Below, piece by piece: positions 46,104 to 55,160 of a DNA stretch of 57,530 nucleotides. The notes beneath the pieces are model-generated. The model did not search any database. It was given only the letters and a program-made list of their open reading frames with translations, and was not told the origin of the DNA. The stretch spans positions 1-57,530 of the forward strand of contig JAFOZZ010000199.1 of NCBI GenBank assembly GCA_017390945.1, in the 5' to 3' direction. Position 1 is the first letter of the stretch, and the number at the start of each line of letters is the position of its first letter. The DNA is from Akkermansia sp. GTDB taxonomy: Bacteria > Verrucomicrobiota > Verrucomicrobiia > Verrucomicrobiales > Akkermansiaceae. A program made the translations under genes and the position numbers.

Positions 46104-47267
46104 TTAATGAAGGAGGATGCCGGCTTTTTTCGCCGCTTTCTCGATTTCGGGGGTGATGACGAAGTTCTTGGTGCCACGCATGACCATGGGGGCGGGAGGC
46201 GTGCCAGGGCGCCCCAGCAGGACGCGGCACAGCCAGTTGACCAGGCGCACAAAGCGGATGCGCTTCATGTAGGCACCGGCGCGGCGGATGCACTTGAGGG
46301 GGCCGGAGGGGTCAGATACGGCAATGACGACCCCTTCGCACACCACGGCGGAGTTGCCGATGCCCAGCTGTTCGAGCGCAGTAGCCATGGTCAGGGCGTG
46401 CTCGGCGTCATCCGGTATATGGCCGGGGTCGGCAACAGTGAGGCCATCGGTGGGCATATCCATGGCATGCAGGGTGATGCCGTGGGCGTTGCAGTGGTCG
46501 ATGACGGCCTGTCGCTGGAAGAGGATGGTACGGCGCGCCTCGAAAACAATGTGATTGACCCCGGAGGCGGAGCAATGCTGCACGGTACGCAGGCCGATGC
46601 AGGGGACATCGAAGCGCATGTCGTGCCCGGGCTTGGTGACTTTGCACAGTGTGATGGGCGGCTTGCCGGCATTGCGGATGCATTCGTTGGTGCCCTTGTA
46701 GGCTTCCACACAGGCAACGGTGTCGCCGCGCATGAGGAGGCTCTGGCCGATGTCGAGGCGGGCGATTTCGCGCGCGAGCTGCATGCCGTGGCGCGCTTGC
46801 TGCATTTGCTCCTCCGTAGGAGCCGGGCCTGCCAGGTGGCCGGGGGGTGGCAGCACCTCCTCCATAAAGCAGGTGGAGGGCAGCATGGTCATGCCGTGGC
46901 GGGTGATGTAGTTGCAGCAGGCGGTGAAGATGGTGTGGGCGTTGCGGCGGTCGAGCTGTGCCAGCTCGCGGCGCGCCGTGGCATCCGGCCACATGGTGTA
47001 GATGCAGGCGGGCTTAATCTGCCCGGTCATGACAACGTGGGTGACGCCGTTCTCCAGCAGGAACTTGAGCGGAGCCTCCATCGAGCCGATGCGGAACTTG
47101 CGGAAGGCATCGCACATGGCCGGAATCTCCTTGCCTACGGCACCGCGAAAGCCAACGACAACCACGCGCATGCCGGCACGCTTGGCTCCCTGTATCATGA
47201 GGCGCGGGTATTCACCGGCGCCTGCCAATACGCCGAGTACGTGTTTGCTGGGATCTGGTCGCTCCAT
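46104..47267 (-). CDS. lpxI: UDP-2,3-diacylglucosamine diphosphatase LpxI with C-terminal extension
   Basis: LAGAGEYP, VMTGQIKP, LDIGQS, VEAYKGT, KP.HDMRFDVPCIGLRT motifs; start set at MERPD. Confidence 0.85.
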   Translation of the reverse strand: MERPDPSKHVLGVLAGAGEYPRLMIQGAKRAGMRVVVVGFRGAVGKEIPAMCDAFRKFRIGSMEAPLKFLLENGVTHVVMTGQIKPACIYTMWPDATARRELAQLDRRNAHTIFTACCNYITRHGMTMLPSTCFMEEVLPPPGHLAGPAPTEEQMQQARHGMQLAREIARLDIGQSLLMRGDTVACVEAYKGTNECIRNAGKPPITLCKVTKPGHDMRFDVPCIGLRTVQHCSASGVNHIVFEARRTILFQRQAVIDHCNAHGITLHAMDMPTDGLTVADPGHIPDDAEHALTMATALEQLGIGNSAVVCEGVVIAVSDPSGPLKCIRRAGAYMKRIRFVRLVNWLCRVLLGRPGTPPAPMVMRGTKNFVITPEIEKAAKKAGILLH

Positions 47268-47274
47268 ATTGGTA

Positions 47275-48510
47275 TTACAGCAGTTCGGGGTGCTCAAGGT
47301 AGTAGGCTATCTTCTGCATCAGGCGACCGATATCACCGCCGTCCACCACACGGTGGTCGAAGGAAGCCACGATGTTGGCCTTCTCTACGGGGATGAAGCA
47401 CTCCACCTCATCGCTCCATACCGGGGTTTTCTGCACGGAGCCGATGCCCAGAATGAGGCTTTCGCTCGGCAGGGGCATGGGAGAGGCAAAGGTGAGGCCG
47501 AAGCCGCCGAAGTTCGACACGGTGGCAATGCCGCCGCCAATGTAGGCGGGGTCGAGCTTGCGGTCGCGTGCCTGGGATACTACCTTGTTGTACTCGTCAA
47601 TGAGCTCATCGAGGGTGTATTCATCCACATTACGCATGACGGGTACCATCACGCCATCCGCTACCTGTACAGCCACGCCCAGGTCGATGCGGCGCGGGGT
47701 GAGAATGCGGCCGCCCACCATGTAGCCGGCGCATTCCGGTGCCTGCGCCAGGGCGATGGCCAGGGCTCGCAGGAAGTAGAGGGTAACACCGGGCTTGCGG
47801 GGGTGATTGCGGCGGTGCAGGATGATGGGTGCCATGTAGATGGGGCGCCCGGCGCTGGCAATGGGGCGGCGCCAGGTGCGCTGCATGCTGCTGGCTACGC
47901 TGCGGCGCATGGGCGATACCGGGCGCGAGGGCCAGCCGTCCACGTAGTCCAGGAAGTTCTCAAAGTCATCGATGGTGATGCGACCACCCGCGCCGGTGCC
48001 GGTCACGTAGGCGAGGTCGGCCTCGGTGATGTGCAGCTCATCCATACGGGAGCGGATGCGGGGGGAGAGGTAGTGGGCGCCGCGGGTGCCGACAGGTACG
48101 GGCAGGCCGCGGCCACCTGTCTGCGGGGTGGGGCTGGTGCCTTCGCGGTATTCGCCCTCGGTGGCAAAGTGGGCGCCATCGCTGCCGATGCTGCTGGTCA
48201 TGGGGGCAGGGGCGGCGGGTGCCTCGCCGTCTGCCAGCGGGGTAGCGCCGGAACGCTCGATTTCTTCCTCCGTCGCTTCGATGAGCCCCATCACTGCGCC
48301 CACGGCTACGGTTTCGCCCTCGGCTACGCTGATGCTGGTCACCTTGCCCGAGCAGGTGATGGTTACGCCCATGACGGCTTTGTTGGTTTCGACCTCGATT
48401 ACCTCCTGGTCGGCCTGTACCTCATCGCCCGGCTGTATGAGCAGGCGCATGATGGTAGCCTCGGCGATGGATTCGCCCAACTGGGGCATGAGTATGGGAA
48501 CTTGCGGCAT
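47275..48510 (-). CDS. 2-oxoacid dehydrogenase E2 (dihydrolipoamide acyltransferase)
   Basis: Lipoyl domain MPQLGESIAEA...ETNKA, E3-binding GTGAGGRIT, catalytic DHRVVDG. Confidence 0.93.
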   Translation of the reverse strand: MPQVPILMPQLGESIAEATIMRLLIQPGDEVQADQEVIEVETNKAVMGVTITCSGKVTSISVAEGETVAVGAVMGLIEATEEEIERSGATPLADGEAPAAPAPMTSSIGSDGAHFATEGEYREGTSPTPQTGGRGLPVPVGTRGAHYLSPRIRSRMDELHITEADLAYVTGTGAGGRITIDDFENFLDYVDGWPSRPVSPMRRSVASSMQRTWRRPIASAGRPIYMAPIILHRRNHPRKPGVTLYFLRALAIALAQAPECAGYMVGGRILTPRRIDLGVAVQVADGVMVPVMRNVDEYTLDELIDEYNKVVSQARDRKLDPAYIGGGIATVSNFGGFGLTFASPMPLPSESLILGIGSVQKTPVWSDEVECFIPVEKANIVASFDHRVVDGGDIGRLMQKIAYYLEHPELL

Positions 48511-48555
48511 GGTATGGAGGAGAACGTGGTTAGAAGAGGTTAGCAGTAAGTGAAA

Positions 48556-49530
48556 TCAGAGCGAAATGAGGTAGCGGGCCGCCTCGACAATGTGGTTGCT
48601 GTGCGGGCGGTGGGCTTTCCACAGGTTCGGATGGTAGGGGATAGGCGTGTCCTTGGAGGTGACGCGCAGGGGCGGGGCATCCAGCAGGTGGAAGCCCTGG
48701 CTGGCGACGCGGGCTATGACCTCGGCCGCTACGCCACCCCAGGGGAAATCCTCGCTCACGACCAGCAGGCGACCAGTGCGGGCAACGGAGGCCAGGATGG
48801 TGTCGGTGTCCAGCGGCTTTACGCTGCGTAAGTCAACGACCTCCAGGCTGTAGCCGGAGTTGGCGGCCAGCTCGTCGGCGGCTTTGAGTGCCTCCGGCAC
48901 CATAGCCGAGAAGGCAACGACGGTAGCATGGCGCCCCGGGCGGGCGATGCGGGCACGGCCAATGGGCAGCGGGTCGGCGTCCACCCAGGTATCGGCCTTC
49001 AGCCAGCGGTACAGGAACTTGTGCTCCATGAAGACTACGGGGTCCGGAATCTGTACAGCCTGCTTGAGCATGTAGTAGGCATCCGCCACGGTGGCAGGAC
49101 ACAGCACGTGCACACCGGGGTAGTGTGCAAACAGAGCCTCAACGGATTGGCTGTGGTAGGGACCACCGCCAGGGGTGCCGCCGCAGGGCATACGCAGGGT
49201 GACATTCACCGGGATGCCGGTGCGGTAATAGTGGGCGGCGGCGTTGTTGCCCAGCTGGTTCTGTGCCAGTGTGCCAAAGTCGGCAAACTGCATTTCCACA
49301 ATGGGTTTCATGCCGCTCAGGGCTGCACCGATGGCCAGACCCATGATGGCGTCCTCGGCAATGGGGGCATTGAGCACGCGGCCGGGGAACTGCTCCGCCA
49401 GGCCTTTCGTGGCTTTGAAAGCACCGCCGAACTTGCCTGCTATGTCCTCGCCGTACAGAAAGACCTTCTCGTCCTCTGCCAGCAGCTCGGCCATGGCCTG
49501 GTGTATGGCGTCGATGTAGGTTACGCTCAT
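48556..49530 (-). CDS. 2-oxoacid dehydrogenase E1 beta subunit
   Basis: GEDI..FGGAFKATKGL, PIAE, EMQFADF, GGPYHSQ, EHKFLYR, DLRSVKPLD. Confidence 0.95.
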   Translation of the reverse strand: MSVTYIDAIHQAMAELLAEDEKVFLYGEDIAGKFGGAFKATKGLAEQFPGRVLNAPIAEDAIMGLAIGAALSGMKPIVEMQFADFGTLAQNQLGNNAAAHYYRTGIPVNVTLRMPCGGTPGGGPYHSQSVEALFAHYPGVHVLCPATVADAYYMLKQAVQIPDPVVFMEHKFLYRWLKADTWVDADPLPIGRARIARPGRHATVVAFSAMVPEALKAADELAANSGYSLEVVDLRSVKPLDTDTILASVARTGRLLVVSEDFPWGGVAAEVIARVASQGFHLLDAPPLRVTSKDTPIPYHPNLWKAHRPHSNHIVEAARYLISL

Positions 49531-49554
49531 GATGGTGCAATAAGGGGTGCGGGG

Positions 49555-50544
49555 TTAATAGCGGGTGGGTTTCCAGGAGGTGGCGCTCCAGTCCTCGGTG
49601 GCGGGATTGGGGGCTGGTTCTTTCTGTGCCTGAGCCATGGCCTGCTGTACTTCCTCCGCGCATTCGGCCTGAATGGTGGCGATGTCCTCAGCGGTCAGCC
49701 AGCCTTGCTCCTGCACCTGGCGGCGTGCTACGGCCAGCGGGTCGCGGTCGGCGTATTGTTTCTTGAGCTCCTGGGGGATGTAGGCGGCATCATCGTGCTC
49801 GCCGTGGCCGCACATGCGCAGGGTGTTCGCTACGACCCACTGCGGTCCTTCGCCTGCTCGGGCAGCGGCAATAGCGCGCCCCATGACTTGCAGGGTTTGC
49901 AGGAAATCCGTGCCATCGCACTCGTGTGTAGCCATGCCATAGCCCACGCCACGGTCCATGAGGCTGCGGCAGGCGAACTCCTGGCTGTTGGGGGTGGAGT
50001 AGGCAAACTGGTTGTTCGTGACCACGATGACGGCGGGGAGTTTCTCCACAGCTATCAGGTTGCAGGCCTCGTGGGTGGAGCCTACGGAGGTGGTGCCATC
50101 GCCTATGCAGATGACGCCGGCAAAATTCGTCTTGCCCTGCATGCGGCGTGCCATCAGCATGCCGGCGGCTACGGATACGGCTGCACCCAGGTGGGAGATG
50201 GTGGCCACGGTACCCTCGTGCGGCTTGCCCCAGTGCACGTTGCCCTCGCGCCCGCGCATGATGCCCCTGGCGCTGCCCAGGTAGCACTGGGCGCTATCCA
50301 GTACGCTGTCGCCCCAGGCGCAGCGGCCTGCCTGTTCACGGATGAACGGTGTGTAAACGTCGTGCCCTTTCTGCAGGTAGACGCCCTCGCAGGCGGCAAT
50401 AGCCTCGTGCCCGCGCCCGATGAACACGCCGCCGAATATCTTGCCGGCTTTGTAGAGAGCAGAGAGTTTGGTCTCGAACGCCCGGGCCATTTCCATGGCT
50501 CGATACGCCTTCAATGCAGTATCTTTCAACTCATTACCGTTCAC
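49555..50544 (-). CDS. 2-oxoacid dehydrogenase E1 alpha subunit (TPP-dependent)
   Basis: GRGHEA, TPP motif GDG...NN, RMCGHGEHD; GTG start at 50544 lies 7 nt below TATACT. Confidence 0.93.
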   Translation of the reverse strand: MNGNELKDTALKAYRAMEMARAFETKLSALYKAGKIFGGVFIGRGHEAIAACEGVYLQKGHDVYTPFIREQAGRCAWGDSVLDSAQCYLGSARGIMRGREGNVHWGKPHEGTVATISHLGAAVSVAAGMLMARRMQGKTNFAGVICIGDGTTSVGSTHEACNLIAVEKLPAVIVVTNNQFAYSTPNSQEFACRSLMDRGVGYGMATHECDGTDFLQTLQVMGRAIAAARAGEGPQWVVANTLRMCGHGEHDDAAYIPQELKKQYADRDPLAVARRQVQEQGWLTAEDIATIQAECAEEVQQAMAQAQKEPAPNPATEDWSATSWKPTRY

Positions 50545-50728
50545 GTGTTCCAGTATACTATCCTTTGGTACTTGACGCAAGCTCTAAGTTCTCAAAATTG
50601 TGCCTTAATTTTGATAGATAAAACGCCCCGCTGCACGGCCCGGAAGGCCGAATATGCGCGGGGTTTGCTCAAATGGCTCTCTCCTGTGTCATATTTAAGC
50701 TGCCAGTGTGGCGGGGCGCGGTTTTAGC

Positions 50729-50757
50729 TTGACACGAAGTGTGCTGCCGCCTATACT
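50729..50757 (+). promoter_or_regulatory. sigma70 promoter TTGACA-17-TATACT upstream of mreB
   Basis: TTGACA 50729-50734, TATACT 50752-50757. Confidence 0.75.
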
Positions 50758-50764
50758 ACCCGCG

Positions 50765-50876
50765 TATGGGTGCGCCGTTGTGTGCACGCATCAGAACGGC
50801 CTGCGCCGAACCGGCACGATGGGTTCATCCCCTGAAAAGGAGGACTCGCCGGTAGCGGAGCAGGATGTCACCCATA
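50765..50876 (+). ncRNA. Candidate structured 5' leader RNA of mreB (unassigned family)
   Basis: Closing stem TATGGGTG/CACCCATA; internal helices CCGTT/AACGG, CCTGC/GCAGG and ACCGGC/GCCGGT; GAAA apical loop. Confidence 0.4.
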
Positions 50877-50906
50877 ACAAATCCCCCACATCACAACTTT
50901 TTACAA

Positions 50907-51926
50907 ATGTCTCGTTTTTTTAAGAAATTAGCCGGGTGGTTCTCGTATGATATCGGGATTGACCTCGGCACAGCCAACACACTGGTCTACATTAAGGACC
51001 AGGGTATTGTGCTGCGAGAGCCCTCCGTTGTCGCCATGAGTGGCGAGAAGGTGAGGGCCGTGGGTGAGGATGCGAAACGAATGGTAGGCCGCACGCCCGG
51101 AAGCGTGGTGGCCATTCGCCCGCTGAAGGATGGCGTGATTGCCGACCTGAACGTGGCGGAGGAAATGCTTAAGTATTTCATCCAGAAGGCCTGCTCTCGC
51201 CGTAGCCTGCGTGGGCCTCGCATTCTCATAGCTCATCCTTCCGGCATTACCGAGGTGGAGCGTCGCGCTATTGAAGACAGCGCTGCGCACGCCGGCGCCA
51301 TTGCTGTGCAGCTCATCGAAGAGCCCATGGCAGCGGCTATCGGTGTTGGCCTTCCGTATACCGAGCCCATCGGCAGCATGATTGTCGATATCGGTGGCGG
51401 TACCACGGAGGTGGCCATCATATCCCTTTCCGGCATCGTCTACAGCCAATCTGAGAAGTGCGGCGGCGATGCGTTGGACGAAACCATCACCCGCCACATG
51501 CAAAATACGCACAACCTGTTTATCGGGCCGCGTACGGCGGAGGACATCAAGATTCGTGTCGGTTCGGCACACCCCCTGAAGCAGGAATTGCAGATGGAGG
51601 TGAAAGGCCGCGACCGCGGCACGGGTCTGCCCAAGACGGTTACCGTAAGATCCGAAGAAATCCGTGAGGCCCTGAAGGACAAGCTCGATGTTATCGTGAG
51701 CGCTGTGCGTCAGACGCTGGATCACTGCCCGCCTGAGCTGGCAAGTGACCTCTATGACTGCGGCATCGTGGTAGCGGGCGGCGGCGCCCTTCTGCGTGGC
51801 CTGGCTGACCTGCTGCATGAGCAGACCGGCCTTCCTATCACCATTGCGGACGATCCTTTGAGTGCTGTAGCTGAAGGTACAGGCAAATACTTGCAGGAGA
51901 ACGACTTTGTCTTCGATGATGAGTGA
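50907..51926 (+). CDS. mreB: Rod shape-determining actin homologue MreB
   Basis: IGIDLGTANTL, EPSVVA, IRPLKDGVIAD, VDIGGGTTEVA, AGGGALL. Confidence 0.97.
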   Translation: MSRFFKKLAGWFSYDIGIDLGTANTLVYIKDQGIVLREPSVVAMSGEKVRAVGEDAKRMVGRTPGSVVAIRPLKDGVIADLNVAEEMLKYFIQKACSRRSLRGPRILIAHPSGITEVERRAIEDSAAHAGAIAVQLIEEPMAAAIGVGLPYTEPIGSMIVDIGGGTTEVAIISLSGIVYSQSEKCGGDALDETITRHMQNTHNLFIGPRTAEDIKIRVGSAHPLKQELQMEVKGRDRGTGLPKTVTVRSEEIREALKDKLDVIVSAVRQTLDHCPPELASDLYDCGIVVAGGGALLRGLADLLHEQTGLPITIADDPLSAVAEGTGKYLQENDFVFDDE

Positions 51927-52075
51927 TAGGGGCATACCCGTTTGCCCCTGAGAGCACTCTCCCATCACGTAAGCTCCGGTCGCGCTTTCCTGCCACACAA
52001 CAGGAAGAGCCGCCGGGGCTGCGCGCTTACGAGGAGCAGGTTCCCTCAGGGTCGACAAGCAGGTATGCGGGCTAT
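51927..52075 (+). ncRNA. Candidate rod-shaped structured RNA (6S-like or rne leader)
   Basis: Nested pairings GCATACC/GGTATGC, CCCTGAG/CTCAGGG, GTAAGC/GCTTAC and TTCCTG/CAGGAA across 51932-52068. Confidence 0.4.
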
Positions 52076-52138
52076 GTTATCATGATTTTCATGTGTACAA
52101 CCCCAAACTAACCTGAAACTTTGTCCATTATTTCCAAA

Positions 52139-53734
52139 ATGATTCAAAACGTGAAACGCCTCTTCGGGTTTGGCCAGTGCAACCCGAAGGAAGGCACAAC
52201 CATCGTCATCAACTCAGAAAAACTGGAGCGCCGTGTCGCATTGCTCGAAGACGGCGTGCTGGAGGAATACAGCATTGAGCGTGAAGGCGAAGATAACATC
52301 GTAGGCGGTATCTTCAAGGGCCGCGTCAAGAACATCGAGCCTGGTCTCAAGGCGATGTTCGTCGACATCGGCTACGAGAAGAACGCCTTCCTGCACTTCT
52401 GGGATGCGCTGCCGCTCGCCCTGGACTCCTCGCTGGAGGAGATTCAGAAGGAGGGCCGCCCCCGCAAGCAGCAGAAGAAGATTACCAGCAAGGATATTCC
52501 GGATATCTACCCCATCGGCTCCGAGATTATGGTGCAGGTGACCAAGGGCCCCATTTCTTCCAAAGGACCTCGCGTTACCACCAATATCTCCCTGGCAGGG
52601 CGCTACATCGTGCTCATGCCCTTTACGGATCAGTTCGGTATCTCTCGCAAGATTGACGACCCCAAGGAGCGCCAGCGCCTGCGCCAGATTGTGCAGAAGC
52701 TCAACGTCCCCGAGGGTATGGGTATCATCATGCGTACGGTGGCTCAGGGGCAGCGCTTCCGCCACTTTGTGCGCGACCTCGCTATGCTGTTGCAGCAGTG
52801 GCGTGAGGTGGAGGAGAAGTTCGCCTCCCGTCCCGCTCCGCTGTGCGTGTACCGCGAGCCCGACCTCATCGAGCGCACCGCTCGCGACTTCCTGACCGAC
52901 AATGTGGACAATATTGTATGTGATAATCTGGAGACCACCCAGCGCATGCAGGAGATTGCCGGCAAGATTTCCCGCCGTGCCAAGCGCCACATTCAGCACT
53001 ACTCCTGCCGCCAACCCATCTTCGAGGAACTGGGCGTGGAGAAGCAGATTAACGAGGCCTTCCAGCGCCAGGTGCTGCTGCCCTGCGGTGGTTACCTGGT
53101 GATTGATGAGACTGAGGCTCTGATTGCTATCGATATCAACACCGGCCGCAACAAGGGTAACAAGGACCTCGATAAGACGATTCTGGAGACCAACCTGGAA
53201 TCCGCCCGCGAGATTGCTCGCCAGCTGCGCCTGCGCAACATCGGCGGTCTGGTCGTGGTGGACTTCATTGATATGCGCCACCGCAAGGACCAGATGGCAG
53301 TGTACAAGGCCATGAAGGAAGCCCTCAAGCGCGACAAGGCCAAGACCCAAGTGATGCAGATTACCCCCATCGGCCTTATGGAAATGACGCGTCAGCGCAT
53401 CAATGAGTCTCTGCTCGACTACGTGAACGACCATTGCCCCTACTGCCATGGCCGCGGCCGTATTAAGAGCGTGATGACCATGAGCGTGGAGATTCAGCGC
53501 CAGCTGAAGGCCACCATCCTGCGCTACCGCGACACCGTGGGCGATATGATGGTGGTGGTGAACAGCGATGTGCTCTCCCGCTTTAAGAATGAGGATGCTA
53601 AGCTCCTCATGGAGCTGGAGCGCCAGTGCGCCGGTCGCCTCATCTTCCGCAGCGACCCCTCCATCCACCGCGAGGCATTCGCCATCCTCGACCCGGCTAA
53701 CAACAATAAGACTCTTTACCAGGTCAATATGTAA
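52139..53734 (+). CDS. Ribonuclease E/G family protein
   Basis: S1 domain (FKGRVKNIEPGLKAMFVDIG), KGPRVTTNISLAGRY, IDINTG, RLRNIGGLVVVDFIDM, CPYCHG Zn-link. Confidence 0.95.
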   Translation: MIQNVKRLFGFGQCNPKEGTTIVINSEKLERRVALLEDGVLEEYSIEREGEDNIVGGIFKGRVKNIEPGLKAMFVDIGYEKNAFLHFWDALPLALDSSLEEIQKEGRPRKQQKKITSKDIPDIYPIGSEIMVQVTKGPISSKGPRVTTNISLAGRYIVLMPFTDQFGISRKIDDPKERQRLRQIVQKLNVPEGMGIIMRTVAQGQRFRHFVRDLAMLLQQWREVEEKFASRPAPLCVYREPDLIERTARDFLTDNVDNIVCDNLETTQRMQEIAGKISRRAKRHIQHYSCRQPIFEELGVEKQINEAFQRQVLLPCGGYLVIDETEALIAIDINTGRNKGNKDLDKTILETNLESAREIARQLRLRNIGGLVVVDFIDMRHRKDQMAVYKAMKEALKRDKAKTQVMQITPIGLMEMTRQRINESLLDYVNDHCPYCHGRGRIKSVMTMSVEIQRQLKATILRYRDTVGDMMVVVNSDVLSRFKNEDAKLLMELERQCAGRLIFRSDPSIHREAFAILDPANNNKTLYQVNM

Positions 53735-53764
53735 GCCACCGAGCTTTGCTTCTCCAAACAATCG

Positions 53765-53801
53765 CGCCGTTTACCCATCGCAGGTAAACGGTGCTTTTTT
53801 T
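53765..53801 (+). terminator. Rho-independent terminator
   Basis: GCGCCGTTTACC...GGTAAACGGTGC followed by a T run. Confidence 0.75.
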
Positions 53802-53832
53802 GGCAGAAAGCAAAATAGAAGTATTTGTTTGA

Positions 53833-55092
53833 TTACTTGTTCAATACTTGATTGTATATGGAACAAAGTTTTTTAATTTTTTCGTCCCACGAGTATATTT
53901 TGCTTTGTTTAAGGCAGTTAAGTGCCATTTTGTATCTAAGTTCCTCGTTTTCGTACAAATAATCAAAAGCGGCAGCAAAGTCTTTGGCGATTTGATTATG
54001 ATTTGTTATAGGAATTTTGATGCCTGTATTTTCGTTGACGACTGTTGAGTAGCCGCAGTGATTAAGGCAAACGATGGGGAGCCCATTTTGTAATGCTTCG
54101 AGGGCTACAGTGCCAGTCCCTCCTTCTTTAATGCTGGATATGCACAGAAGATGGCACTGTGACATAATAGACAGTACGTCATCATGTTTTTTTTCACCTT
54201 TAAATATAACATTGTTTTCTATTTGTAATCTCTGTGCTAGATTTTTCCAGTCAGTAAATTGGGGACCTCCTCCTACTATTTCTAAGTGTATTGGATGCTT
54301 GCAATATTTTAGAGCGGGAAGAAGGAGATGAAGCGCTTTCGTATTGATGAGATGGCCGACCCAGCATATGCGCAGTGGCTGTGTTTTGTCGCGTGAAGCC
54401 GGTTGACGATTTGCGCCATTGCTGTATGTTCCGACTTCTAGCATTATAGTGCTATCTCGCTTCCAATGTTTTTTTATGTCTAATGCCCCTCCATTATCAG
54501 AAACAAGAATGGTATCAGCATGCTTGGAGAGAGTTCGGGCTGCGTAGCCATATCTTTTTTGCATAGCATTAACAATGTTACGCATGCCGATGTATAGTAT
54601 ATCTCGTATATTTTGCCCTGATAACAATTTCCAATTTGTTTGAGTAAAGCCTCCTAAAGGTCCAATGACAAAAGGCGCATCTAATTTCCAGAGAAAGCCA
54701 GGAGAGCGATAGCCTGCAATATTGACCTGATGAATAATATCGAAATGTTCTTTTAGGTGTAGTTGGTAAGCGTATTCATATGCTCGTTTTTGCCATTTTT
54801 TGTAAAAAAAGTAAAAACTTGGTTTATACAAAAAATTAAATAGGGGCGCCCACATTTTTTTTGCAGATAAGTAATTGGGGTCTTGTATGAAATGGAAACT
54901 TAAGTTTTTTGTTTCGTTAGGGAATTTTTTTATATATTGAGTTATAGATTCTTCATCCCAATGGGCAACTAACACATGAACATCGTGATATTTTGCCACA
55001 TTTATAGCGAAATTCCACCCCATGCCAGATTCTGAGCCGCTGTTTGGTCTGCAAGCAAAGCAGGCTAGTAAGATTTTTAGTTTACTTCCCAT
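53833..55092 (-). CDS. Glycosyltransferase family 4 (GT-B), AT-rich
   Basis: KILLACFAC.PN.GSE.GMGWN N-terminus, VGHL...KA, SIKEGGTGTVALEALQNGLPIV; start set at MGSKLK. Confidence 0.88.
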   Translation of the reverse strand: MGSKLKILLACFACRPNSGSESGMGWNFAINVAKYHDVHVLVAHWDEESITQYIKKFPNETKNLSFHFIQDPNYLSAKKMWAPLFNFLYKPSFYFFYKKWQKRAYEYAYQLHLKEHFDIIHQVNIAGYRSPGFLWKLDAPFVIGPLGGFTQTNWKLLSGQNIRDILYIGMRNIVNAMQKRYGYAARTLSKHADTILVSDNGGALDIKKHWKRDSTIMLEVGTYSNGANRQPASRDKTQPLRICWVGHLINTKALHLLLPALKYCKHPIHLEIVGGGPQFTDWKNLAQRLQIENNVIFKGEKKHDDVLSIMSQCHLLCISSIKEGGTGTVALEALQNGLPIVCLNHCGYSTVVNENTGIKIPITNHNQIAKDFAAAFDYLYENEELRYKMALNCLKQSKIYSWDEKIKKLCSIYNQVLNK

Positions 55093-55160
55093 GAAAGGTG
55101 ATTGTATCAGATTTTTGTTGCAATGTACAGAGGAATATAGAGAATGGATGAGCAGCTGTC

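Noticed and set aside
50765-50876. SRP RNA or tRNA identity for the structured region before mreB
   Set aside because: It lacks the SRP domain IV consensus (CAGG..GGAA..AGCAG) and has no tRNA cloverleaf or T-loop GTTCGA
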